This document shows, piece by piece, positions 10,707 to 20,162 of a stretch of DNA of 64,000 bases. This DNA is from an uncultured Holophagae bacterium (GTDB lineage Bacteria > Acidobacteriota > Thermoanaerobaculia > Thermoanaerobaculales > Sulfomarinibacteraceae). The notes beneath the pieces are model-generated. The model did not search any database, was not told where the DNA came from, and saw only the letters and a list, made by a program, of their open reading frames with translations. Every line of letters starts with the position of its first letter. The first letter of the stretch is position 1. The DNA lies in the NCBI GenBank assembly GCA_963714385.1, contig CAVQOJ010000003.1:263720-327719 (forward strand). Reading direction: 5' to 3'. The position numbers and the translations under genes are program-made.

Positions 10707-13685
10707 TCAGTCGGCGGCACCCTCGAGAATCACCCCGCGGCCGGAGGCGCCGTCGACCAGAACCTGCGCCGGCCGCTCCAGCCGGATGTGCCTGATGACG
10801 CCGTCGAGCAAGGTGGCGACTGTATCCTGGCCGTCGAACCACGGCCAGTTGACGGTACCCTGATCGCAGTGCGCGTGAACCGCAAAAAATGCGACGCCAA
10901 AGCAGGTGAGGTTGTGGAAGAAATGCGATCCCAGTGAGGGTTCGACCTGCAGATCGTAGAAATCGGTCTCGACGATCGCCCTGACGGAGGAGATCTGGGG
11001 CCAGGTGACCGGAATCCCGAGCCACGGGTCCCTGGATCCCCAACGGCCGGGGCCGATCAGAATGCTATGGCGACCCTCCAGCCGGAGGCTTCGATTGAGG
11101 GCCTCGATGGCGCTCGCAGCCTGGGCGGTGGCGGCGCGGTCGAAGCCGTCCGGGTGAATCAAAATGACGTCGGAGATGGTCTCTCTCCGGCCGTGGCCGA
11201 GGGCCATCTCGGACCGCACCAGAGCTTTTTCCAGGGTTTTCGGATCGAGGTGGATCTCGACGTTCATGTCCTCCACCACCAACGGCCGGAGCTGAAGAAC
11301 GTGGAGGGTTTGGATTCGGCCCAGGCCGGGCTCGATGTCGGCGGCGAACTCGATCTCCACCGGGCTGGCCAAGCCTTCGGCGCAGGCCGGCAACAGCCGG
11401 CGCAGCACCTCCGGAAGCGGCAGGATCCTGCCCTTCAGGATGGGCCCGAAGGTGATCAGGGGGGTGCCGCCGTCTTCCAAACCGACGGTGACCCTGTCGT
11501 CCGCACGTCGATAGGTGGAGACGATGGCGTTGGCGGCGCCGTCGGCGATGGCCACGGAGGTCTCCATGTGGACCAGGTTGGCGTCGGGTTCGAGACCGGG
11601 CAGGACGTCGCCGCGTGACATGTCCAGGGCGTAGAACCGTCGCTGGGCGTTGCGCAACATGTCGGGGACCGAGGAAAACTGGGGCAACGACTGAGGGTAG
11701 GCCGGCGAGAACCGGAGCGCCTCGAAGCCCTCGACCACGCTCTTGCCGAGACCGAGGGCCACCTGGGCGACCCCGTCCTCGGGCGTCATGTTGCCGAAGG
11801 GGTAGAAGTTGTAGGACGAGGCGACGCCGGACAGGGTGGGGTAGAAGTGGTCACCCCATCGCCGGCCGACCAGACGTTGGACCAGCACCGCCATCACCTC
11901 CTCCTCGATCCGGTAGGGGGTGGTTTCGATGTAGGCTCGCGAGTGCCGGAAGTAGGTGGAGGCGAACACGGTCTTGACCGCCTCGAGCAGCTGAGCCAGC
12001 CGAACATCGAGCGAGGGGTGGGTGTTGGGCAGCATGATGGTCGAGTAGACGCCGGCAAACGGCTGGTACACCGAGTCTTCGAGAATGCTCGACGACCGAA
12101 CCGCCAGCGGATCGTGGTTGGACTCGAGAAAAGCGATCAGCTGCGAGACCAGGCCCGGCGCGAAGCGGCCGCTGCGAAACTCGTCGAGGATCTCCGCGTC
12201 GGTCAGCAGATCGGCCTCGAGGGCCAACCGCCGCAGGTCGTTTCCGTCCAGGAAATCCTCGAAGACATCGGAGGCGAGCACCACGGTCTGCGGGACCGAC
12301 ACCCGGACGCCCGCCGTCTCCAGATCACCGGTGGCCAGCAGCTTGTGCATGAAGGCCAGGCCTCGGCCCTTGCCGCCGAGGGACCCGGTTCCGATTCTGG
12401 CGAAGGCCACAAAACGGTCGTAGGTCGCGGGGTCGAAATCAGTGATGACGTGGCTCTGGATGTCCCGGAGATAGGTGGTGATGGTCTGGATGAGGAACTG
12501 GCGGAGCTCGGCGGACGAGGCAAACTCGGAGACCTTGCGCGGCCGCATCGCCGACGCCAGCTCGAACTCGGTTCGCGCTTTCAACCATGCCGAGAAGTGG
12601 TTGCGGCTGGCGTGGTACACCAGCGACTGGTCGGGCATGGATTCGAGCAGGTGGAGCATTTCGCGCATGTCCTTGGCGCGGGCGATAGGTTTGCCGTCGG
12701 GGAACTTGAAGACGAAATCACCGAACCCGAAGTGGTCCTGGATGAAGTGGCGGAGGTCCTCGAGCAGGGTGGCCGACTTCTTCCACACGAACTCGGCGTT
12801 CACCTCGATCGCCTGCGGCTCGTGGGTCTTGTCCGCCGATTGCAGCAGGATCGGCAGGTCTTCGTCCTCCGATCGAATCTTGCGGGCGAGCTCGATGCCG
12901 GCGAGCTCGTCCAGCTTGCCGCCGCGCGGAAAGGAGACGTCGCAGATGACGCCCAGGATGTTCTTGCCGTACTTGCGGTACAGCTCCCACGCCTCCTCCC
13001 AGGTCTGTGCGAGCAGGATTTTGGGCCGCGCCCTGATCCGCAGCATGCGGTGTGAGAGGTTGAGGCCGTCGGCCATCAGCCGGCTGGTCTGGGAGGTGAC
13101 CTCGGTGTAGATCTGGGGGAGGTAGGCCGAGTAGGCGCGCACGTCGTCCTCGATGATGACGATCGCCTGGACCCCGCCCTCGAGGATGTCGTGGTCGGCA
13201 TTGCGGCGGTCTTCGACCTGCTTGATCATGGCCAGTAGGGCCTGGACGTTGCCCTGCCAGAGGAAGACCCAGTCGACGGCACCGGTCGATCTGAGCTCTT
13301 CCAACCACGGCAGCTCCCAGGCGTGGGCCGCCACCAGTCCAACCGGGATTTCCGGCTCGATCTCCCGCAACCGTTGGACGAAATCCACAGGCTCGGTGTC
13401 CTGCAGCCGTGGGGTGGTGATCACCATGTCGAAGTCGCGTTCCTGAACGTACTTGCAGGCCTCTGCGGCGGAGGAAACCCGAGTGAAACGTGGCGCGTAG
13501 CGCAGGTTCAGGTCGAGATTCCGGTACTCTTCGAAGACCAACTCGGTGAGCTGCCCGTCCTCCTCCAGCACGAAGGCGTCGTAGTGGGAGGCCACCAGCA
13601 GGATTTCGATGATCCGGTGCTTCATCAGCGCCGAGAACTCCTCGGTGCGCATTCCGTAGCGGCTGGACAGCTCGAGTGGGGCCAT
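10707..13685 (-). CDS. receiver-domain protein fused to a PEP/pyruvate-binding (PPDK_N ATP-grasp) module
   Basis: ORF 10707..13913 trimmed to ATG 13685, because the upstream 76 codons read through the GAATTCG array. Two receiver-like N-terminal modules come first. They are followed by GSLGGKGRGLAFM, LAVRSSSILEDSVYQPFAGVYST and the GPGRWGSRDPWLGIPVTWPQIS ... SLGSHFFHNL block shared with 5705..7453. Confidence 0.75.
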   Translation of the reverse strand: MAPLELSSRYGMRTEEFSALMKHRIIEILLVASHYDAFVLEEDGQLTELVFEEYRNLDLNLRYAPRFTRVSSAAEACKYVQERDFDMVITTPRLQDTEPVDFVQRLREIEPEIPVGLVAAHAWELPWLEELRSTGAVDWVFLWQGNVQALLAMIKQVEDRRNADHDILEGGVQAIVIIEDDVRAYSAYLPQIYTEVTSQTSRLMADGLNLSHRMLRIRARPKILLAQTWEEAWELYRKYGKNILGVICDVSFPRGGKLDELAGIELARKIRSEDEDLPILLQSADKTHEPQAIEVNAEFVWKKSATLLEDLRHFIQDHFGFGDFVFKFPDGKPIARAKDMREMLHLLESMPDQSLVYHASRNHFSAWLKARTEFELASAMRPRKVSEFASSAELRQFLIQTITTYLRDIQSHVITDFDPATYDRFVAFARIGTGSLGGKGRGLAFMHKLLATGDLETAGVRVSVPQTVVLASDVFEDFLDGNDLRRLALEADLLTDAEILDEFRSGRFAPGLVSQLIAFLESNHDPLAVRSSSILEDSVYQPFAGVYSTIMLPNTHPSLDVRLAQLLEAVKTVFASTYFRHSRAYIETTPYRIEEEVMAVLVQRLVGRRWGDHFYPTLSGVASSYNFYPFGNMTPEDGVAQVALGLGKSVVEGFEALRFSPAYPQSLPQFSSVPDMLRNAQRRFYALDMSRGDVLPGLEPDANLVHMETSVAIADGAANAIVSTYRRADDRVTVGLEDGGTPLITFGPILKGRILPLPEVLRRLLPACAEGLASPVEIEFAADIEPGLGRIQTLHVLQLRPLVVEDMNVEIHLDPKTLEKALVRSEMALGHGRRETISDVILIHPDGFDRAATAQAASAIEALNRSLRLEGRHSILIGPGRWGSRDPWLGIPVTWPQISSVRAIVETDFYDLQVEPSLGSHFFHNLTCFGVAFFAVHAHCDQGTVNWPWFDGQDTVATLLDGVIRHIRLERPAQVLVDGASGRGVILEGAAD

Positions 13686-13719
13686 GACTCCGTCGAGATT
13701 ACCAGAAGCGGGGGGGAGT

Positions 13720-13754
13720 GAATTTGGAATTCGGAATTCGGAATTCGGAAAACC
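13720..13754. repeat. period-7 array GAATTTG GAATTCG x3 GAAAACC
   Basis: Five units in register with a G7 run at 13710-16. Lies 35 nt upstream of the ATG at 13685. Near-identical to 37689..37723 and 54166..54193 when read on the other strand. Confidence 0.9.
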
Positions 13755-13827
13755 GATCCCGAATCGCGGCGGGTCCGTCGATCGATTTCTTATGACCTGT
13801 GCGCAGCGAGAGGTAGAAATTCGATCG

Positions 13828-14952
<1,125 letters not shown>

Positions 14953-14980
14953 GGCGTGACCGCGGTGTCCAGATTGGGGC

Positions 14981-14998
14981 GTCAAACGCTAAAAGTCA
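14981..14998. repeat. left part of a period-7 array (GTCAAAC GCTAAAA GTCA) split by the 14999..15846 element
   Basis: It continues at 15847..15865 (AAAAGTCAAACGTCCGGA). Removing the element and one AAAAGTCA copy restores GTCAAAC GCTAAAA GTCAAAC GTCCGGA in exact register. Confidence 0.7.
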
Positions 14999-15197
14999 GG
15001 TTCATCCGGGAAAGCGTGAGGTCGAGTGATCCGTTTCCGACATTCAGGGTCAGCGGCCGCGTTCAGTGGCGGTGGCAGGGTTCAGCGGACAGCGACTGTG
15101 GGCGGTGATCAGGGGCAGCGACCGGGAACAGCGAGCAGGGACAGAGATCAGTCTTCAGCGGCAGCAATCAGTTGCATCGGCGGCCATAGCACGTGGA

Positions 15198-15339
15198 CAC
15201 CTTCGGATCGTTCAAAGGAACAAATCGCCGGCGGGCAGCCGATGTCAAGGGCAAGCCGGCCCACGGGTCCGGTGTTACACACCCTTGACATCGGCTGCCT
15301 CACCGGCTTGCGAGAGAGGGCATGAACGACCCGGAGGTG
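15198..15339 (+). promoter_or_regulatory. long nested hairpin covering the RBS and start codon of the four-helix-bundle ORF
   Basis: Inner perfect 17-bp stem GCAGCCGATGTCAAGGG (15235-51) with CCCTTGACATCGGCTGC (15282-98) and a 30-nt loop. Outer stem CACCTTCGGATCGTTCA (15198-214) with TGAACGACCCGGAGGTG (15323-39). The same architecture is conserved in copy 2 (21477..21618). Confidence 0.6.
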
Positions 15340-15693
15340 ACCATGTCCAAAGCCGTCGCGAACACCAACCTCGTTGCCCACGAGAAAGCCCTCGAAGCAG
15401 CAGGCATCGCCATCAAGCTCGTCATGAGGGTTCCTGCCCCATTAAAGTCGATTGCTGATCAGGTAATCCGGTCGGCGAGCTCGGTCCCGGCCAACCTGGC
15501 GGAAGGACACGGCCGATTCGGAAGAGACCGCCAGCACCACTGGAGGATCGCCTACGCCTCGGCCAAAGAGGTCGACAGCCACCTGCGACTCCTCGCTGCC
15601 GCCGGTGCAGTCAATGGAATCGGGGCAGAGAACGCCCTGGAGACCTTTGACCACGTTCGTGCGATGACGTGGCGCCTGCTCAATCCCATCTGA
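15322..15693 (+). CDS. four-helix-bundle protein (23S rRNA intervening-sequence protein / Avd-like family)
   Basis: 123-aa ORF. IADQVIRSASSVPANLAEGHGRFGRDRQHHWRIAYASAKEVDSHLRL matches the Q..RSA.S...N.AEG..R ... A.GS..E signature of this family. An alternative start is ATG 15343. Confidence 0.8.
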   Translation: MNDPEVTMSKAVANTNLVAHEKALEAAGIAIKLVMRVPAPLKSIADQVIRSASSVPANLAEGHGRFGRDRQHHWRIAYASAKEVDSHLRLLAAAGAVNGIGAENALETFDHVRAMTWRLLNPI

Positions 15694-15903
15694 GCGCGCC
15701 CGGTTCTCCGATGCTGACGCTGTCAACTGACGCCGTCCCTGATAGCCGCTTCCGCCCATGAAGCCGCGGTTCCTCTTCGGGCGGGCGGGTGCAGTTGTGA
15801 AATCCGATCTCGATCGACCCCCATCTCACCGAATTCCAGATGAGCCAAAAGTCAAACGTCCGGAATCGTCTGAGACGACCCGGCGGATCTCGGCGACCTC
15901 GAA

Positions 15904-15938
15904 CGTTTAACCTTTAACCTGTAACGTTTAACGTTATA
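15904..15938. repeat. period-7 array CGTTTAA CCTTTAA CCTGTAA CGTTTAA CGTTATA
   Basis: Five units in register, ending 10 nt from the aceF stop codon (15949). Confidence 0.85.
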
Positions 15939-15948
15939 TTGTGCTCGG

Positions 15949-17325
15949 TCAGCCCTCGAGGACGAGCAGGAGCGGTTGTTCGAGCGCCTCCGCGACCCAC
16001 CGCACAAAGCGAGCGGCGTCGGCGCCATCCACCAGTCGGTGGTCGTAACTCAGCGACAACGGGAGGATCAGCCTGGGCTCGAAGGACTCCCCGGACCACC
16101 GCGGTTCCATCAGACCCCGAGAGACTCCGAGAATGGCCACCTCGGGCCAATTGACGATGGGCGAGAACCCGGTGCCGCCGATGCCGCCGAGATTGGAAAT
16201 CGAAAACGTGCCGCCCTGCATGTCGGCGGGTGACAGCTTGCGTTCACGGGCTCGCCGGGCGAGGTCATCCAGCTCAACCGAGATCTCGGTGATGTTCTTG
16301 GCATCCGCGTTCCGGATCACCGGAACGAGGAGGCCGCGCTCGGTGTCTACCGCCACACCGACGTGCACGAAGTCCTTGTAGACGATCTCGCCGGCCGCCT
16401 GGTCAACACTGGCGTTGAGCTTGGGGAAGACTCTCAGCGCCGCCGCCGCCACCTTCACCAGGATCGCGGTGATGGTGAGCTTGCCGCCGGCGGCCTCGAC
16501 ACGGCCCCGGTAGCGGGTGCGCAGCTCCTCGAGGGCGGTGATGTCGGCCCAGTCGTTGTGGGTGACATGGGGCACGGCAGCCCAGGCGCGCGCGAGGTTG
16601 CGGGCGGTGGCCTGTCGGATCTTCGACATCGGCTCGCGGCGGACGGGTCCCCACACGGTGAAGTCGGGCAACTGGGGAGCCGCGCCCGCCGGCATGCCGG
16701 AGGTGGCCCCACCGAGCAGCCGCGAGGTGTGGACCTTGACGTCGTCGATGGTGATCCGCCCGCCGTTACCGGACCCGGTGACGGTGTTGATATCGACACC
16801 GACCTCGCGGGCGAACCGGCGCACCGACGGCGCAGCCGGCACGGCCGGCCGCGGCCCTTCGGGCACGCTCCAGCGGGGTGCGAGGAGATCGTCGTCCGGC
16901 GGGTGAGGATCGGGTTCGTCCGCGCGAGTGGCGGGCTCGGCTGCGACCGGCTCCCGCCGGGCGGGCTCGGTGGCTTCCGCTCCGGCGCCGGTCGCGAGGG
17001 CGTCGGTTTCGTCCGCCTGGGAACCGTCCGGTGTGGCGACCGCATCAGACGGTTCAGCGGTGTCTTCGGGCTCATCCCGGGCCCCTTCTGCCGGCTCGAT
17101 AGCGACGATGGGATCGCCCGCGCTCAGGCTGTCGCCGACCTTGACGTGGACCTCGGTGACCACACCGGAGACCTCGGACGGGACCTCCACCGAGGCCTTC
17201 TCGGTTTCCACCTCGACGATCGGCTGGTCGACGACGACCCGGTCACCGGCGACGACCAGCACCTTCACCACCTCGACCGCATCGACTCCTTCACCCAACT
17301 CGGGGACCTTCAGCAACGCCGCCAT
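15949..17325 (-). CDS. aceF: dihydrolipoamide acetyltransferase, E2 component of pyruvate dehydrogenase
   Basis: Trimmed to ATG 17325 (MAALLKVPELGEG). Lipoyl domain VEVETEKASVEVPS, Ala/Pro/Glu-rich linker, E3-binding segment, and catalytic SLSYDHRLVDGADAARF. Confidence 0.9.
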   Translation of the reverse strand: MAALLKVPELGEGVDAVEVVKVLVVAGDRVVVDQPIVEVETEKASVEVPSEVSGVVTEVHVKVGDSLSAGDPIVAIEPAEGARDEPEDTAEPSDAVATPDGSQADETDALATGAGAEATEPARREPVAAEPATRADEPDPHPPDDDLLAPRWSVPEGPRPAVPAAPSVRRFAREVGVDINTVTGSGNGGRITIDDVKVHTSRLLGGATSGMPAGAAPQLPDFTVWGPVRREPMSKIRQATARNLARAWAAVPHVTHNDWADITALEELRTRYRGRVEAAGGKLTITAILVKVAAAALRVFPKLNASVDQAAGEIVYKDFVHVGVAVDTERGLLVPVIRNADAKNITEISVELDDLARRARERKLSPADMQGGTFSISNLGGIGGTGFSPIVNWPEVAILGVSRGLMEPRWSGESFEPRLILPLSLSYDHRLVDGADAARFVRWVAEALEQPLLLVLEG

Positions 17326-17335
17326 GCCCACCCCC

Positions 17336-20023
17336 TCAGACCGTGACCGGGTTCGGGGCGTCGGGATCGACGCCCAGGTCGGATATTGCAGCCTCGACCA
17401 AGTCGTGCCCGACCGAACCCTGTTCGGCCAGCTCGTGCAGGGTCGCCAACACGATGTGGGCGGGATCGACCTCGAAGAACCGGCGCAGAGCGGGCCGGCT
17501 GTCCGAGCGGCCGAAACCATCGGTTCCCAGCGCGGCGGGCGGTCTCGGGAACCACCGCCCGATGGACTGCGGCAGGGCCTTGACGTAATCGGACGCGATC
17601 ACGTAGACGCCGTCGGTCTGCTCCAGGCATTGCCGGATCCAGGGCGTCGGCTGATCCGCACCGGGGTGGAGCCGTCGGTGCCGGTCGCAGGCGAGGCCGT
17701 CCATATAGAGCTCCTTGAAGCTCGTGATGCTCCACACGTCGGCGGCGACGCCGTAGCGCTCCCCGAGGATCTGCTGGGCGGCGAGTACCTGGTTGAGAAT
17801 CGCGCCGCTGCCGAAGAGGTGGGCGCGGTGCCCGCCCTCAGATTCGGCCCGGCGATAGCGGTACATGCCGCGCACGATGCCCTCCTCGACGCCGGCCGGC
17901 ATCTCCGGCATGGGGTAGGGTTCGTTCTCGACGGTCACGTAATAGAAGATGTCCTCCTGCTCGGTGAACATGCGGCGGATTCCGTCGGAAACGATCACCG
18001 CCAGCTCGTACGCGAAGGCCGGATCGTAGGCCTTCAGATTGGGCACGGTGTAGGCCAGCAGATGGGAGTTGCCGTCCTGGTGCTGGAGACCCTCGCCGTT
18101 GAGGGTGGTGCGGCCGGCGGTGCCGCCGATCATGAAGCCGCGCGCCCGCATGTCGCCGGCGGCCCAGATCAGGTCACCGATCCGCTGGAGACCGAACATC
18201 GAGTAGAAGACGAAGAACGGGATCGTGTTGATGCCATGGGTGGCGTGAGCGGAGCCGGCGGCGATGAAGGAGCACATGGAGCCGGCCTCGGTGATGCCTT
18301 CTTCCAACAGCTGGCCGTCCTTGGCCTCGTGGTAGTACATCAAGGTGTTCGCGTCCACCGGTTCGTAGAGCTGGCCGGCGTGGGAGTAGATCCCGATCTG
18401 CCGGAACAACGACTCCATGCCGAAGGTTCGCGCCTCGTCGGGGATGATCGGCACGATCAGCTTGCCGATCTGCCGGTCCTTGAGCAGCTTGGTCAGGATC
18501 CGGACGAAGGCGCCGGTGGAGGAAATGGGGCGGCCGTCCGAGCCCTCCTTGAATTCTTCGAAGATCTCGGCCGAGACGGGGGGAAGCGGATCGCAGCGCA
18601 CCCCGCGGGTGGGCACCGGCCCGCCCAGCTCGCTGCGCCGCTGCTGGAGATAGACCAGCTCGGGGCTGTTTTCCGGAGGGTGGTAGAAGGTGGCGTCACG
18701 GGCCTCGTCGTCCGACATGGGAATGCCGAATCGGGTCCTGAACTCGAGCAGCTCTTCCTGGTTGAGTTTTTTCTGTTGGTGGGTGACGTTTCGGCCCTCG
18801 CCGGCCTCGCCCAGCCCGTAACCCTTGATGGTGCGGGCGAGAATCACGGTCGGGGAGCCCCGGTGCTCCACGGCCGTCTTGAAGGCGTTGTAGACCTTCT
18901 GGGGATCGTGTCCACCGAGCCGCAGCCGGCGCAGCTGCTCGTCGGACAGGTGGGCCACCATCTTTTTGAGCTCCGGGTCGACGCCGAAGAAATGCTCCCT
19001 GATGTACTCGCCCGACGACACCGAGAACTTCTGGCTCTCGCCGTCGAGCACCTCGTTCATCCGACGGACCAGACGACCGTCGGTGTCGGCCGCGAGCAGG
19101 GAATCCCAGTCCGATCCCCAGATCACTTTGATTGCATTCCAGCCGGCCCCTCTGAACGCCGCCTCGAGCTCCTGGATGATCTTGCCGTTGCCACGAACGG
19201 GTCCGTCGAGCCGCTGCAGGTTGCAGTTGACAACAAAGATCAGGTTGTCGAGCTTTTCGCGGGTGGCGAGGGTGATGGCGCCGAGCGCCTCCGGCTCGTC
19301 CATCTCACCGTCGCCGAGGAAGGCCCACACCTTGTGGTTCGATCTGGGGTGGAGCCCGCGATCCTCCAGGTAGTGGTTGAAGCGGGCCTGGTAGATGGCC
19401 ATGATGGGAGCGAGTCCCATGGACACCGTGGGAAACTCCCAGAAGGTGGGCATCAGCCAGGGATGGGGGTAGGAGGAGAGTCCGGCACCGATGCCCGCCC
19501 GCACCTCCCGCCTGAAGTTCAGCAGATGGTCCCGGTCGAGGCGCCCCTCCAGGTACGCCCTGGCGTAGATCCCGGGTGAAGAGTGACCCTGAAAGTACAC
19601 CTGGTCGCCGTCGAAGTGCTCGCTCTTGCCGTGTAGAAAATGATTGAAGGCCACCTCGTAGAGGGTGGCCGCCGAGGCGTAGGTGGAGATGTGGCCGCCG
19701 ATGCCGTCCTCCTCGAAGTTGGCCCGGACCACCATCGCCATGGCGTTCCACCGGATCAGGCTCTTGATGCGGCGCTCGATTTCGCGGCTGCCGGGGTACG
19801 GCACCTCTTGGCTGGGAGAGATCGAGTTGATGTGAGGAGTGTTGGCGGAGAACGGAATTTGGACGCCGGCCTTGCGGGCGTAGATCTGCAGGTCCTGGAG
19901 CAATCGCCGGACCCGGTCCGGTCCGCCGTGGGAGAGGACCCACTCCAGCGAGTCGATCCATTCCTGAGTCTCGATCGCGTCAAGTTGCGTTTGCTGCGAT
20001 GTCCGTGCAGGGTCTGATGCCAT
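17336..20023 (-). CDS. aceE: pyruvate dehydrogenase E1 component, homodimeric type
   Basis: Trimmed to ATG 20023 (MASDPARTSQQTQLDAIETQEWIDSLEWV). ~895 aa, collinear with AceE, with the GDGEMDEPE thiamine-diphosphate motif. Lies 10 nt upstream of aceF. Confidence 0.9.
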   Translation of the reverse strand: MASDPARTSQQTQLDAIETQEWIDSLEWVLSHGGPDRVRRLLQDLQIYARKAGVQIPFSANTPHINSISPSQEVPYPGSREIERRIKSLIRWNAMAMVVRANFEEDGIGGHISTYASAATLYEVAFNHFLHGKSEHFDGDQVYFQGHSSPGIYARAYLEGRLDRDHLLNFRREVRAGIGAGLSSYPHPWLMPTFWEFPTVSMGLAPIMAIYQARFNHYLEDRGLHPRSNHKVWAFLGDGEMDEPEALGAITLATREKLDNLIFVVNCNLQRLDGPVRGNGKIIQELEAAFRGAGWNAIKVIWGSDWDSLLAADTDGRLVRRMNEVLDGESQKFSVSSGEYIREHFFGVDPELKKMVAHLSDEQLRRLRLGGHDPQKVYNAFKTAVEHRGSPTVILARTIKGYGLGEAGEGRNVTHQQKKLNQEELLEFRTRFGIPMSDDEARDATFYHPPENSPELVYLQQRRSELGGPVPTRGVRCDPLPPVSAEIFEEFKEGSDGRPISSTGAFVRILTKLLKDRQIGKLIVPIIPDEARTFGMESLFRQIGIYSHAGQLYEPVDANTLMYYHEAKDGQLLEEGITEAGSMCSFIAAGSAHATHGINTIPFFVFYSMFGLQRIGDLIWAAGDMRARGFMIGGTAGRTTLNGEGLQHQDGNSHLLAYTVPNLKAYDPAFAYELAVIVSDGIRRMFTEQEDIFYYVTVENEPYPMPEMPAGVEEGIVRGMYRYRRAESEGGHRAHLFGSGAILNQVLAAQQILGERYGVAADVWSITSFKELYMDGLACDRHRRLHPGADQPTPWIRQCLEQTDGVYVIASDYVKALPQSIGRWFPRPPAALGTDGFGRSDSRPALRRFFEVDPAHIVLATLHELAEQGSVGHDLVEAAISDLGVDPDAPNPVTV

Positions 20024-20162
20024 GTTCACCTCTGTCGTAATGAGCCCGTTGCCGGGTTCGAAAGATGATAACAGCGATGTGCCCCGTCCTGTTTCCGCTG
20101 CCCAACGCCGCGCACCCGGTGTGATGGGGTGAGCAGCGGGTTGAGGTACTCTGAGCCAGCCG

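Larger units (their letters stand above)
14999..15846 (+). mobile_element. 848-bp element resembling a 23S rRNA intervening sequence, carrying a four-helix-bundle ORF
   Basis: Imperfect terminal inverted repeats: GGTTCATCCGGGAAAGCGTGAGGTCG at 14999..15024 against the reverse complement of 15815..15846 (GGCTCATCTGGAATTCGGTGAGATGG), about 17/26 identical. AAAAGTCA directly flanks both ends (14991-98 and 15847-54). A second copy with near-identical termini lies at 21317..21866. Confidence 0.6.

Noticed and set aside
15179-15205. CGGCGGCCATAGCACGTGGACACC resembles the 5-prime end of 5S rRNA (..GGCGGCCGTAGCGCGGTGG..).
   Set aside because: The similarity is limited to ~12-20 nt. The downstream sequence does not follow the 5S helices II-V. 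The segment is part of the repeated element leader, so no rRNA is called.
14999-15846. The four-helix-bundle (Avd-like) ORF considered as part of a diversity-generating retroelement.
   Set aside because: No reverse transcriptase gene, no template/variable repeat pair and no target gene with a C-terminal variable region appear anywhere in the window. The free-standing intervening-sequence-like interpretation fits better.
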